This document shows positions 23,901 through 37,250 of a DNA stretch of 64,000 nucleotides, one piece after another. Position 1 is the stretch's first letter. Every line of letters starts with the position of its first letter. Source of the DNA: Rebecca billardiae RCC1528 (Eukaryota > Protista > Haptophyta); assembly GCA_965240325.2 (NCBI GenBank), contig OZ251226.1, positions 3,038,001 through 3,102,000 of the forward strand. The letters are read 5' to 3'. The position numbers and the translations under genes are program-made. The notes under the pieces are model-generated. The model searched no databases. It saw only the letters and a list, made by a program, of their open reading frames with translations, and was not told the DNA's origin.

Positions 23901-26900
23901 GCCACGACGTCGGGCGCGCCGCCCGCGCCGCCCGCGCCCGCCGGCGGCGGCGGCTTGGGCGATCCGAGCGCGGGCTCGAGGGCGATGGCCTCCTCGAGCG
24001 CGCGCGCGTACAGCTCGGTGGCGTCGAGCCGCGGCGCGCCGAGCGCGCCGGCCGAGCCACCGCCCTCGCCCTCCGCCTCCTCCGCCGCGGCGGGCGCGTC
24101 CGCGTGCGCGCGCGGCGGCAGCAGCGCGCGCACGTCCGTCGCGGCGGCGAGCGCGCGGCACGCGTCGAGCTCGGCGGCGCGCGCGCAGATCTTGATGAGC
24201 GTGTGCGCGGCGCACGCGACGAGCGCGGGCGCGCCCGTCTGCCCGCGCAGACGCTCCGCGGGCAGCAGCCGGATCGCCGCGTGGCACATCGCGAGCGGCT
24301 GCAGCAGCAGCGCGGGCGGAGCGCTCAGCCGGCACAGCGGCTTGAGAATCGTGAGCGCGCGCGAGGCGGCGGTCAGGATGAGCGGCGCCTCGTCCAGCGC
24401 CGCGCCGAGCTGCAGCGCGATCAGCGGCAGCTTGGCGTGCTCGAGCAGCGCGCCCTCCGCCGCGGCGAGGCTCGCGCTCCCCGGCGGCGGCAGCGCCGGC
24501 GGCGGGCGCACCAGCTCGCTCGCGAGCAGCGCGTGCGCCAGCGCGCGCAGCAGCGGCGCGGGCTCATGCCGCGCGCGCTGCGCAAGCAGCCGCTGCCTGT
24601 CCAGCGGCGACTGCGCCCATACGGCGTGCGCGCTGTACACGCCCACGGTGTGCGGCGGGCGCGGCCGCCCGCCCTCCGGGTTGTGCACGAGGAAGCGGCC
24701 CCCGAGCTCGCGCAGCGCGCCGCCCGCCACGTCGTACGCGCCCAGCTGCGTCGCCGCGCGGCACAGGTACGCCCACAGGAGCGACAGCGGCAGCGGCAGC
24801 GCGGTCACCACCTCTGAGGTGGTCGCGCCAATCGAGCCGCACACCTCGCCGCGCGCGTCGAAGGCCGCGGTGGCGAAGACGTGCGGCGTGCCCGGCGCCA
24901 GCCCGCGCACCACCACGCAGCCGTGCAGCGGGTCCGACTCGAGCAGCGCAGAGTCGCCGAGCAGCGCCGCGCCGTCCGGCCCGACCCTGTGCCTCTGGCC
25001 GAGGCCCTCGTGCTCTGTGTTGTTGAGAGACACGTTCACGCCCGCCGAGGCGGCCTTGCCGAACACGGACACGTGCGTCACGCCGCCCGGCCCCGCCTCG
25101 CGCGGCGCGTACGGCTGCGGCCGCAGGCACACCTCGGTGGGCGTCCAGTACACGATCTGCGGCGCGGCCGGCGCGCGCTGCCGCGCGCGCGCGCGCGCGC
25201 GCGCGACCGTGGTCGCGGTCGGCGGCGCGGAGGGCGCGGTCGGTGGTGGCGAGCCCGAGCCATCGGAGCGGCGGTCCGCGTTGCGCTCGGCGTCCGCCTC
25301 CGAGCCGTCGGGCTCGGCGGGCGGCTGCGCGGCGGGCGTGCGCGCGAGGCGCAGCAGCTCCGCCTCTCGCGCGCCCTGCTGCCGCAGCAGCGCCGCCGCC
25401 TGCTCGAGCAGCGCCTCGGCCTGCGCCGCGCCAGGCCGATAAAAGGCGATGGCCATGAGGGCGCACGCGCGCGCCGCGAGGTCGTGGCGCGTCTCCGCGA
25501 GCAGCCGCCGCTCCGCGCCGGACGAGGCGTCGGCGAGCTCGGGCGCGGAGGCGTCCTCCTCCGCCTCGCGCGCCGCGTCGAGCCGCGAGCGCCGCCCGAA
25601 GATGCGCTGCTGCGCGCGCCGCACCATCGCCGCGCGCATGCCCTCGGCGTGCGCCGCCTTGGAGCGCGCATGCTCTCGGCTCAGCCCGCGCAGCAGCTCG
25701 CAGCGGTACAGCGCGATCAAGAGGTCTGCGTGCAGGCACGCGACGACCTGGCGCGTGGCGTCGTCAGACGTCGAGTACGGCAGCGCGGCCGGCACGTCCG
25801 CGCCGCCCGCGCCGCCGCCGCCCGCGCCCGCCGCCGTGGGCGCGCCCGCCGCGCTGCGCGTGGGCGAGCCGTGCGGCTGCGGCGGCTGCGGCGGCGCCGC
25901 GGCCGTCTCGGCGCGCGCGTGGCTCGCGGGCGCGTCAAAGCCGAGCAGCCGAGTCTCGGTGGTGACGGAGGGCGCGCCCTGCACGCCGCGCCGCGCGCAC
26001 TCGACCACGTCGGCGGAGCGCCACGCGCTGATCCGGCTGAGCGCCGTGCGCGCGACGACGCAGCCCTGCTCCGCCCGCCCGTCCCGCTCGAGCAGCTCGA
26101 CCAACCGCACGGCCGCCAGCGCAAACCACTGCATGTCGTCCAGCCCGCCGCCGACGAGCGCGAGCGGCTGGGGCTGCTCCGCGCCGCCGCCGCCGCCGCC
26201 GCCGGCCGCGCTGCTGGCGCCCGCGCCGCCGCCGCCGCTCGCGCCGCGCCTGGCGTGCGCGCTGCGCGTCGCGTCGTCCACCGCCACCAGCGTCCAGAAG
26301 ACCGCAGGCAGCATCGCCCGCAGTGCGTGCAGCTGCGCCGAGTCGCTCTCGAGCACAGACGCCTCCGAGTGCGGCGGGCTGAGCGCGGAGGCGGCCAGGT
26401 CGACGCGCTCGAGCAGCTCGGCGCAGTGCGCCCACACGAGCCGCGCGCCGTCGACGAGGAGGTCGGGGTGCTGCCGCGCGAGCGGCGCGCCCAGCTTGGA
26501 GCGCACGCCGAGCAGCGCGTCGGCGAGCTCGTCGAGCGCGGCCGAGCGCGCGTCGACCGCGACCACCGCCTCGGCCGCGTCCGTGCCCGCGATCGCCGCC
26601 GCCGCGCGGATCTCGTCGCGCGCGGCGCAGAGCACGCGCGTCGCGAGGTGCAGCGGCGTCGCGCTCGGCGTGGTGTGCGGCTGCGGCCACGGCGGCGCCG
26701 TCGCCAGCTCGATCCCCTCCGCCTGCGCCGCGCGCTGCGCGCGCAGCTCCGCGCTCGGCCGCAGCGAGTCGAAGCGGCCGAGCTCGCGCGCGCGGAAGGC
26801 GAGGCCGAGGAGCTCGACGTGCTGCGAGAGGGGGACGGTGGCCTCCGCCGTGCGCGCCGCCGCCGCGGCCTCCTCCACGCGCTCGAGCAGCGCGTCCATC

Positions 26901-28306
26901 TCCTCCTCGCTCGGCACGCCGCCGCCGCCGCCGCCGTCCGCGCCCGCGTCGGCGGGCGCGGCTGCGGCCGCGGCCGCGCCGCCGCCGTCCGCGCCGCCAT
27001 CCGCGCCCGCGCCGCCGGGCTCGGCGGCGGCGGGCGCGGCGGCGTCGGCCGCGTTGGAGCGGAGCGAGCGCCGCCCGCCGCGGCGCACCATCCGCGCGTG
27101 CTCCTTCAGCAGCTCGTCGTGCGCCACGATCGCCGCGAGGTGCGGCTCGACGATCGTGCACGCGCGCGTGAGCGCGTGCGCGAGCGCGGCCGCGACGGCG
27201 GCTGCCGGGTGCGCCGCCTCGTGCGCGAGGCCGCGGCGCGAGGTGTCGTAGCGCGTGGCGCAGGCGATGAGCATCGCGATCTTCTCCTGGTCGAACGCGA
27301 ACTCCGCGAGCGCGCTGTCCAGGTCGGCGGGCTGGTACGCGCCGGTGCACAGCTTGTACTTGATCTCGAGCGCGCGCAGCTCGCCCTGCGCGTGCACGAG
27401 CTCCTGTGTCACGTCCATCGACGCCGGCGTCGGGTCGAAGCGCTCGAGGCGGACGAGGCGGGTCTGCTGCGCGACGGCGTGCGCGGCGGCGCGCTCCGCG
27501 CCGCCCAGCTCGCCGCACCCCTCGTAGCAGTGGCACAGCGCCGTGTACAGCTGCGCGCGCCAGCGCATGAAGCGCGGCTGCAGCAGCGGCACGAGCGCGT
27601 CCAGGCAGAGCGCGCACCACGCGAGAGGCTCGATCGCGAGCGCGCAGAGCTCGGGGGTCATCAGCGGCTGCGCGAGGCGGTACATGTGGACCGTGCCGTT
27701 GTACACCAGCCAGTACAGCCGCTCGTGCTGCACCGCGCGCTCGAGCGTCTCCTTGAGCGCGCCGAGCGCGCGCACGAGCGCCGCGCGCGTGCGGCCGCGC
27801 GCGAGGCCCGGGTCGAGCGCGAGGCTCATCGAGGCGCGGCAGAGCTGCAGGCCGAACTGCGCGCGGACCCACAGCGCGAGGTAGGCCTCGTCCTTCGCCG
27901 AGCGCACCTCCGCCTCGCCCACCTCCGCCAGCGCGCCCTCGAGCGCGGGCGAGAAGCAGTGCACGAGCGCGAGGTGGTGCGCGCGCAGCTCGACCAGCAT
28001 CTCCGCCACCTCGATCATGCGCTCGAGGTAGAGGGCGGAGGAGAGCTTCGAGCGGTACTGCGCCATGATGCCGAGCAGCTGGCCCGGCAGCGCCGCGCGC
28101 TTCGCCGCCGCGCGCTTCGAGCGCTCGATGTCGTCGTGCGTGACGGGCGGCGGCGGGTCGCGGCCCTGCAGCTGCGCGTCCTTCGCCATCTCCGCGGCGA
28201 CGGCCTTGCGCAGCTCATCGAACTCCTCCTCGAAGTTGACGATCGGCTCGCGGTACTTCTTCCGCGCCTGCAGCTGCGCCGCCGTCGGCTGCACGCTCTT
28301 CGACAT
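17789..28306 (-). CDS. CFAP54: Cilia- and flagella-associated protein 54; exons ~28306-19378, 19288-19185, 19044-18877, 18735-18424, 18292-17789
   Basis: >3000-aa helical protein with ERLYWLVYNGTVHMYRLAQPLM..RWRAQLYTALCHCYE and the FN3-like VFGKAASAGVNVSLNNT..HVFATAAFD..SIGATT..LPLPLSLLWAY segment. Four GT..AG introns restore the frame at the 3' end. An alternative ATG lies at 28420. Confidence 0.85.
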
Positions 28307-28537
28307 CCCGCCCGAGCGAGCGAGCGCGCGCGCGTCGAGCGCGAGCGCGTGCTGTTGGTTACAAGCCCTGCTGGCCTGCCTTGCGCTTGAGTTGCGGCTA
28401 CAACCGCCAGCCGCAGCCATGGCGGTGGATCCGGGAGCTCAAAGCCGGACTCTGCTCACCATTGAGTGGTGAGCAGCGCGGAAGGAACTCACACCGTTGG
28501 CGCAGCGCGTCGGCCAGTAGGCAGCTCGCCACCAGTC

Positions 28538-31500
28538 ATGCGGGGGGCCGAGCCGCCGCCCGGCGAGGGCACGTTCCGGCCGATCGTCGGGCGGCTGATG
28601 GAGCTGCTCGACGTCGGTGGCGAGCCCGACGAGTACGCCCAGCTGCTCGCCCAGCACGTCTCGAGCGAGGCCATGTCCGCTGTCGGGATGGATCTCGTGT
28701 GCCGCAAGCTGCGCGAGCGCGCCGCGCGGCCGGAGGAGTTTGACGCGCACTGCCAGAGCCTGCGCGAGGACGGGTGCGCGCGCGCGGTGTGTGTGTGCAT
28801 GTGCCCATCGCCCGCCGCGCGCACCTGCCGCCGGGGCTCCGCTCGCGCGGCCGAGCACCCGGTCGCACGCGCGGGTGCGCGTTTTGAGCGTGCCGGCTCA
28901 CGCGCGCATGCGCGCTCGCGCGCCGCACGCGCCGCGCCGCGCGCGCAGGGTGCGCGAGGTGGACCGTGTGCTTCACCTGATGCAAAAGCTCGCCGAGGAC
29001 AAGGCCGTCCTCACCATGCTCGGCGACGGCAGCACAGCCGCGGCAGGCGCGTCGCCAGCCTCGGCCACGTCCTCAGCCGCGCGCCGGGACGGGCGCGCCC
29101 TGCTCCCGCACCAGCGCTCGAGCGCGGGGATCGACGCGTTCGAGGCGGGGTCCGTGTCGTCCGAGGACAGCCCCGTCCTCCCGGGCGCGACGCTCTCCCC
29201 CGCGTCGATGAAGCAGCTCAACGCGCTCACGCTCACGCCTCCGAGCGGCGGCGGCGGCGGCGGCGGCGCGGGCGCGGACGGCGTGAGGCGTGGCAGCCTG
29301 GGCGCGGGCGCGGAGGGCCGCGCGCTGCGCGCGCGCACCAGCGGGCAGCTCGATCGCGAGAACAGCGGGCCCACGCCGCCCGCCGCCGCCTGGGGCGCTC
29401 GCGCCGGCGCCCCGCGCACCTCGTCGGGCCTGGCGGACGCGGGCCGCGCGCTCGCCGCTCGGCCGGCGGCGCCCGGCAGCGGCGGTGCGGACGGCGCGCC
29501 ACCGCCGCCGCCGCAGCCGCTGGCGTCGCGCGCCGCGGAGGTCGACGTGCCCGGGAGGGGCGGCGCCCCGCGCGGCGGCGCGCGCGCGCCCGAGCACGCG
29601 ACGCCCGCGAGCGCGGGCGCGGGCGCAGGCGGCGCGCGCGCGGCGGCGGCGGGCGGCGGCGGAGGCGGACGCCCAGGCACGCGCGCCGCCGGGGCGGCCT
29701 CGGCCGCGCGCGCCGCCGCGGCCGCGGACGCGTCGGCGGGCGGTGCCGTGCCTCTGGGCACGCTGCCGCCGGCTGCGCAGGAGCACCAGCTCGTGAGCGA
29801 CCTGCTCTCCGCGCTGCTCGGCATCGAGACGCCGTACATCGTGATGCGCAGCCGCGCGCTGCCGCCCGAGCTGGCGGCGGCGGCCGCGGCCGCCAGCGGC
29901 TCGGGGCCTCCGCCCGCGCGCGCGGTGTCCTTCGCGCTGCACCCGACGCTGTGCGCGGAGGTGGACCCGGCGCTGGCCGAGCTGGTGGGGCGGATGCTCC
30001 CGCTCTGCGCGCACTACGTCCAGGTCGAGCACTTCGCCACCGCCGCCACCTCGGACTGGCAGCGCGGGCTGGTGTGCCACGCGCTCGGCGCGGCGATCCG
30101 CGAGCTGGCGCGCGAGCACGTCGTGCTGGTGGCGCAGCTCGAGGCGGCGTTCGCGCGGGCGGAGCTGGGGGCGCAGCGGATGTGGTGGTACGTGCAGCCT
30201 GCGATGCACACGCTCGGCACGCTCGACCGGCTGTGCACCGCCGCCGCCGCCTCGGCGGGCCTGGCGGAGGGGCGCGGCGGCGCGCTGCTCGCCACCGTGC
30301 ACGCGCAGGGGGTGGAGCACGCGGGCACGACACAGGCGGAGCAGCTGTTCGCGCACCTGCTCGAGCGCGCGTCGGTGCCGCTGCAGCGGATGCTCGCGGA
30401 GTGGCTGTCGGACGGCCGCGTCGACGACCCGTACGGCGAGTTCTTCGTCGCGCAGAACACCTCCCTCCAGCGCGACAACATCCGAGTTGACTACAACGAC
30501 CGCTATTGGCAGCTGCGCTTCACGCTGCGCGAGGGGCAGCTGCCGCCCTTCCTCAGGCACGTCGCGCACAAGGTGCTCGCGGCGGGCAAGTACGTGCACG
30601 TGCTGCGCGAGTGCGGCGTGCCGCTCGACGCGCGCCCGCCGCCGCCCTTCCTCGCCCACCCCTCGCGCGACGGCGGGTACTTCGAGGGCGCGATCTCGTC
30701 TCTGCACGCGCACGTGTCTGCGCTGCTGCTGCAGCACCTGCTGGGCGAGCGCAAGCTGATCGAGGTGCTGAGCTCGCTGAAGCACTACCTGCTGCTCGAC
30801 CAGGGCGACTTCTTCGTGCACTTCCTCGACATCGCCGAGCCCGAGCTCATCAAGGACGTCGACGACATCGCCGAGGGCCGCCTCGCCTCCTTCCTCGAGC
30901 TCGCGCTCCGCGCGTCGACCGCGGCGCACGACCCGCACCGCGAGCGGCTGTCTTGCAAGCTGCTGCCGTACAACCTGACGAACCAGCTGCTGCGCATCAT
31001 CCACGCGTCGGGCTCGGGGGCGGAGGGCGGCGCGGCGCCGCCCGCCGAGCCGCACCCCTCCGCGCGCGTGCCCGGCCTCGACGCCTTCACCTTCGAGTTC
31101 GAGGTGGAGTGGCCGCTGTGCATCGTGGTCTCGCGGCACGCGCTTGTCAAGTACCAGCTGCTGTTCAGGCACCTTTTCCACTGCAAGTGCGTGACAAGGG
31201 GGGGCGCGAGCCGGGCGCCGAGCGCGCGCCGCCGCCGCCGACGACGCGGCCGACCTCCCTCCCTCCCTCCCTCCCTCCCTCCTCCCTCCTCCCGCGCGCG
31301 CGCAGGCACGTGGAGCGCCAGCTGAGCGGCGCGTGGCTCTCGCAGCAGGGCGTGAAGGAGCTGCCCGTGGCGCGGGCGCTCTTCCCCGCGTACACGCTGC
31401 GGCAGCGGATGCTGCACTTCTTGCACAACCTGCAGTACTACATGGTGTACGAGGTGATGGAGCCGCGCTGGCACGCGCTGCTCCCGCGCGTGCGCGCCGC

Positions 31501-32093
31501 GCACTCCGTCGACGAGGTCGTCTCGCACCACAACGACTTCCTCGACGCGTGCCTCAAAGAGGTCATGCTCCGGGACGCGCACCTGCTCAAGATGCTCGCC
31601 AAGCTGCTCACCGTCTGCGTGCTCTTCGCGGACTACACCGCCGTCGTGATGGGCTCGGTCGAGGCGATCCTCGCCGCGGCGGAGCTCTCGCACCAGAACG
31701 TGCGCCGGGACTCGGCGCACGCGCCGGGCAAGATGATGCCGCAGGGCAAGCGCCGACAGATGCACATTGCGGTGCGCGCGGCGCGCGCGCGCCGAGCGCG
31801 CGCGCGCCAAGCGCGCGCGCGCCAAGCGCGCGCGCCCGCGCTCACGCCGCCACCGCCGCCGCCGCCGCCGCCGCGGTGCACAGGTGGCGTCGCAGCACAT
31901 CCGCGCGATCCTCGCCGAGAAGAAGTACGTCGAGTCGGTGCTGCGCTTCGAGCAGAGCTTCACACACAGCCTCACCGAGCTGATGGCCAAGCTGCAGCTG
32001 CGCTCGGCGGGCGACTGGGTGCTCGCCAACCTCGTGGCGCGCCTCGACTACAACGGCTTCTACGCGCACGCGCACGCCGCCCACGCATCCTGA
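28538..32093 (+). CDS. TUBGCP2: Gamma-tubulin complex component 2 (Spc97); exons 28538-28773, 28949-31187, 31306-31771, 31884-32093
   Basis: DLLSALLGIE, GLVCHALGAAIR, WWYVQP, DPYGEFFV, DYNDRYW, KVLAAGKY, LKHYLLLDQGDFFVHFLD, VEWPLCIVV, KYQLLFRHLF, C-terminal LVARLDYNGFY. Confidence 0.92.
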
Positions 32094-32304
32094 GCGCGCG
32101 CGGGGCCGGGGCGCCCGCTGCGGGCGCCACCGACGATCCCGGCATCCCGGCAGCTGACGCGGGACGACTGACGACCGCTTGTCGTGCCACCCTCCGGCCT
32201 CCGCTGCATGCTCCGGCGCTCCGCTGATTGCCGGCACTACTGGTCGTCTACTCCCACCATTGCCATTGGCCTTGGGAATGTCATCCAGCAGATATATGAA
32301 TAAA

Positions 32305-32305
<1 letters not shown>

Positions 32306-32378
<73 letters not shown>

Positions 32379-32440
32379 TATGATGACGCGATACTATGGG
32401 CGGGACGGATTTATTATATATATTATATATATATATATAT
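32306..32440. repeat. (TA)n microsatellite / AT island downstream of GCP2, preceded by AATAAA (32299-32304)
   Basis: ~70-bp perfect TA run followed by a second imperfect run. Confidence 0.95.
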
Positions 32441-32809
32441 TGGGCGCATGATGCTGCTGGCATCACGGCATTGGACCGTGCGCATTGGCATCAGTCAATA
32501 GTCATTTGATGAGTCAATCGGTGCCTCGCGGTGGCGGTGCCACCGCACTCCTCGACCTCAGAGTCAGCGCTAGCCAGTCATGCACCGCGCTGGACGACCC
32601 GCTAGACCGTCATACTAGTATGAGTATAAATTCCTTCGGGCGCATCGTCCCCTAAGGCCTAACTCCCTCTGCTCCAGGCTCACTTAGCAGCAGGCGTCGG
32701 CGGCGCTGACCGTATTTATTTGATGATATGATCGTCATGATGACGACGAGTGCACATCATATGGTCGTCACCGCGTCTTGTCGTATGATGCGGATTGATG
32801 ATATGCATG

Positions 32810-33248
32810 TAGTGGGGTCAGAGCTCCGACCGTTACACTCTCGGTTGCCACAATCTCCCGAAATCTCTTAGCGCATGAACTATCACACGGGTATTTACTT
32901 GGACGAACTAGTTAGTCACAGGCGGTAAGGCTTAATTCCAGGGTGTAGAATCCGCCTGTGCCAATTTCAGACTGCCAAAATGTGATCTAGACGGTGCGAT
33001 TCTGGTGCAAATAGCGAGATCACCTTGGAGATCGTGTATCTCCCCTACTAATGTTGCCGAGATCGCGTCGAGATTGAGGTCGTATATCTCCAGTATGTGA
33101 CATTTTTTCGCAAAACTTGTCAGCGTGACCCCAGCTCATTTCAGGCGAATATTGACATCCCAAAGTTTGAGAGCCTCATCTCAAGACGACAGGAAGTTGG
33201 ATTTTGGGCCACGCACCCCCCAGACCCAGTGGGGCTCTGACCCCTCTA
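32810..33248. mobile_element. Non-autonomous TIR element (439 bp) with 9-bp TSD ATATGCATG
   Basis: TAGTGGGGTCAGAGC (32810-32824) versus GCTCTGACCCCTCTA (33234-33248), 14/15 match. ATATGCATG lies at 32801-32809 and 33249-33257. The interior has lower GC than the genes. Confidence 0.85.
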
Positions 33249-33462
33249 ATATGCATGTTTTCCGGCCGACAACTCCGACGATCGAGCCCACGCTGGCAGT
33301 AGCACTGCTTGCCCTTGGCATAGCCGCTGAGCCGGGAGCCAGTCTGAGAGGAAGCCAGTCGCCAGATGCCCGCGGGCCAGTTCGGCAAGCCAACTCGATG
33401 GAGCAGCCCTGTCTGTCGGCGGCTGGTCGGCGGGTCGAGTCACGCCGCGGTATGCTCCTCAC

Positions 33463-35554
33463 TCATTGGGGCTTGGGCGGCACGGCGATCGTCATCGTGC
33501 CGAGCTGCACCTCCTCCACAGGCGTGTCCTCGCCATCGTCCGCCTTCCCCGCACCGCCGGCGCCGCCGCCCGGCGCCGCCTCCGCATCACCTGCCGCCGG
33601 CTTGACCGCCTTTGGTGGCGGCGGCTGCGGCGCCACCTCCGCCTCGGAGGGTGGCAAGAACATCGAGCCGAACTGGTTGTAGTGCACGAATGGCACGAGC
33701 AGCGCTGTGCCCAGCACGCAGAAGCCGTGGATGAAGAAGGGCGTGCGCGGGTCCGGGTGGTCCGCAAACGAGCGGTGCAGCAGCGCAAAGCAGAGCGCGC
33801 CGATGTTTCCGCCCGAGCCGACGATGCCGCCCACGGGGCCGAGCGCCTGCATCGCCCGGCCGATCGACGGCACGATGGCGAACTCCGCGCCCTCCGCCAT
33901 CTGCACGAACGTCGAGAAGAGGACGAGCAGCACCATCGCCGCCGGGAACTGCGTGGAGCGCATGCGGCTGAAGCCGAGCAGCAGCACGCCCTCCGCGAGC
34001 TGCGTCGCAAAGAGCACCTGAGGGAGGGGGGCGGCGCGCGGAGGGCGCGGGCGGCGGCTCAGCGCGCGCGCGAGCGCACGGCCTCGAGAGCGCGCAGCGC
34101 CGCGCGCGAGCGCGCGCGAGCGCGCGGCACGCCTTTGGCACGCCATCGCCGCGCGCGTACCCAGTGCCGGCCGCGGTGCGAGAAGTGCTTGTTGGCCACG
34201 TCCGAGAGGATGCCGCCGAGCGAGCGCGCAAAGATGTTCATCAGCCCAAACAGCGAGGCGGCCAGGCCCGCGGTGCGCAGGTCGAGCTGGAAGTACTCGA
34301 AGAAGTAGAGGGCGAGGATCTGGCGAGGCAGGCGGCACAGGCAGGCAGGCGTGGCGCATGCCAGGGCCGGTCGCGAGCGACGCGCCCGGTCAGGCTCGCG
34401 GGTCGCGCAGCGGCGCGCAGCGGCGTGGCGGCGGCCGCGCGGCGCGGCCGCGGCCGCGCACGTTGTTCATCGTGAGCTCCGTGCCGAACGAGCCACCGTA
34501 GATGGCGAAGAGCAGGTACACGCGCGGGTCGCGGAGCGCGCGCATGTACAGCTTGGCCGGGTGCACCCTCTTCCGCGTGCCCGACGAGTACAGCTCCTTG
34601 AACTTGCCCTCGGGCACGTCGTCGGTCGTCGTGTACACGACGATGCCAAACAGAATCAGCAGCAGGGCGGGCACGACGACCGCCAGCCGCCACGCGAGGT
34701 CGTAGCCGAGCGGGACGAACCAGGCGAGCACGACGGGCATCAGCAGCTGCGTCACGCCGCCGCCCAGGTTACCCCAGCCCGCGGTCGTCGCCGTCGCCGC
34801 GCCGATCACCGGGTGCGCAAAGAAGACGGACGTCCAGTACTGCGTGATCACAAACGCCGCGCCGATGCCGCCGATGAAGAAGCGCACGGCGTTGAAGCCC
34901 GCGACGCTGGTGGCGAGCCCGGCGAGCGCGACCGGGATCGCGAACGCCGTCATGATCAGCGTCTGCGACACGCGCGGCCCGTACATCTCCACCGTCGCGC
35001 CCATCAGGAAGCGCATGAAGACGGTGCCGATCACCGAGACCATGTTGGACGAGCCGATCGCGGCCTTGCACGCGGAGTCGCACACGCACTGGCGCGGGTC
35101 GTCGAGCACGTCCCACCCGCCGTTCGCGCAGAGGCCGAGCGACACGCGCACCACGGGCATCAGCGGCGCCAGCGCAAACCAGCCGAGGAAGCACAGGAAG
35201 AAGGAGCCCCACGCTGCGTGAAAGGCGCGCATGTGTGGCCGGCGGAGGGAGAAGATCTTGATGCTGTGCGCGCACGCCGGGATCGACGGACGGGGGAGAT
35301 CGCGCGAGCGTGTGAGCCACAGCCGCACCCTCGCCACGCGCTGCCTTTCGTGCGAGCGTGCTGTCTTTTCGGACGCCCCATCCGGCACACGGGCGCCACC
35401 GCGCCGGGGCGCTCAGCGCGCACTGTGTGGCCTTCGACTCTGCGTCTACCGCGAGCTCATACTCCTGCGTGGGCGCGACCCTCTTGATCGGGTGCGGCGA
35501 GAACAGGCCCATGCTCATGCCCATCGCCGGCTTGGGCGGCTCTAAGCTCGTCAT
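33463..35554 (-). CDS. NRT2: High-affinity nitrate/nitrite transporter NRT2 (MFS); exons 35554-35424, 35263-34462, 34319-34161, 34017-33463
   Basis: KATHIKIFSLRRPHMRAFHAAWGSFF, TQYWTSVFF, nitrate signature AGWGNLGGG, FGTELTMNN, FGLMNIFARSLGG, QMAEGAEFAIVP and GIVGSGGNIG. Confidence 0.95.
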
Positions 35555-36559
35555 GCTCGCGGCGGCCGAACGCGAGCTTGATGGGCGAGGGGTCGCTCCC
35601 GGCGGCGCGTGCGGGCTTGGGCACCCTTGGCTTGGGACCGCGATGATGGATCACAAAAAACCGCACTATGGGGGGGAAGTTCTGACGATTGACGAAGGTT
35701 GCGGCAATGAGTAAGCGCGCATCACTTTCAGGGTAGCACTTGATGATGTAGAACGTGACTCTTTGCAGTTGTTGAACGTCGACCAGGGTGTCACAGACAA
35801 ACTGTAGAGTGTGCAATATGGGCGGGAAAATGGTGATGACCAAGCCTGAAAGTGCGCGCGTGGTTTCGCTGCGCGGCTAATGGCCATTGTCATCAAGGCG
35901 GCGACCACTGGAATCTGCTGCATGCGTTGAATCGGTCGATGGTCATTCTTCATTAATCATCAGCAATACTGTATGACTTGCCGACCAGTTTCCAGTACCT
36001 TTGACGTGGCTGAACTTGGCTGAACCAACCAAGAGGCGAGGTAGGTGTGCACCAATTTGTTCTCCATTGTTCACCGGTCACCGCAGTTGTTCAGCAGGGG
36101 AGCGTGCTAGCTCACCTCTTGATCAGCGCCTACTGGCTACTTCCCGGCGCGACCCGGCCGCGATGCTCAGCCGGGCGCCGGCACGGCGCTCGCGCGACGC
36201 GGCACGCTGCCACGACAGGTTGCAGAGGAAACTGTCCTTGGTGTTACATTTCTCAGAGACGGCGCCTCTGAAGGGCTGAGGACTTGTCCGCGTGCGCTAC
36301 ATCCCTTGAGCTAGCACAGCCGGGACCCCCTCGCCGTCGGCAGTGACTGTCATCATCCCATCACACGTCGCGTGAGACGGCAAAGCCACAGCAGCAGCAT
36401 CACCCCGTCTCGTCCAGGATCACTTCAGGCAGCTGGAGACAGTCCTCTCTTCGACGCGTCTCGGAGCGAGCGCACACGCCCGGCTCTATCTGCTTCACAC
36501 CGCCCGCGCCATCCGCCTCGAGCCCAACGCCCGTCACCACGCGCAGTATGGCAAAGCGT

Positions 36560-37250
36560 CATGATCGGACCGAGCTTGTCAACGAGTGCAGCCTTCGCCC
36601 GCAGTGCCGCGCGCGAGCATTCATTCCGTCGAGACATTTCGAGTTCGACAGTAAGTCGTCAGCGACTTGTGGGCCGGCGGGGAGATCCACGCGTGGCATG
36701 ATAGCATATAGGTCGTCAGCTCCTGCTCGGTGTAACGCGCTCTGCATCTGAACACTCGAAAGAAGCTATGGATCGTCACCATCGAGCTCGGTCTACGTGA
36801 GCCTGTGCGACCGTCTGCGCAACACCTCGCCCCTCACCCTTGATGCTGCGCTCACGCGAGACAAAGAAGGCTATGTAGGGCTCACTGACCATTCGTACAG
36901 TAAGAGCGTCCTTGCCGCAGCGAGTGACAGCTTCCTTCGCCCGCTTCTCAGCACTCGCCCTGCTGTTCTTGTGCGTGAGTGAGGCGTGGTGCCTCGTCAG
37001 CCTGCTGAGCGGTTCTTGTCGATGTGTGTCACAGCGCGGAAGCAGGTGTGCGTTCGAGAGGCGTCGTGCGTGGATGCCGTTCTTCATGCTGACGACATAG
37101 ATGGCCTGCGTAGCGGCCGTCTCCTCATCCAAGAGCCTCGCGCCTGCCACGACTCTGACACTTAAGCGCCCCGGCCGGTACGCATGCACCATCAAGTGCA
37201 ACCGAGCGGTTGAGACTTGAGAGGTAGCCGCCGCCAGCTTTTCGACCCTC
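36560..37250 (-). pseudogene. Decayed reverse-transcriptase remnant (possible non-LTR retrotransposon)
   Basis: Motif-like pieces occur in RT order across broken frames: YVVSMKNG (~37090), RGVAQ (~36825), GADDLY (~36715). The region has lower GC and many stops. Confidence 0.35.

Noticed and set aside
18198-28390. Long plus-strand ORFs (1049, 1844, 1169 aa) and other Arg/Ala-rich overlapping ORFs
   Set aside because: Shadow frames of CFAP54 in very GC-rich DNA where stop codons are rare.
28772-28956. Introner-like direct repeat GGGTGCGCG at both junctions of GCP2 intron 1
   Set aside because: Not seen systematically at other introns, the introns are not similar to each other beyond composition, and it is expected by chance in CG-rich DNA.
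32179-32466. ORFs with YIYIYI repeats
   Set aside because: Translation of the (TA)n microsatellite.
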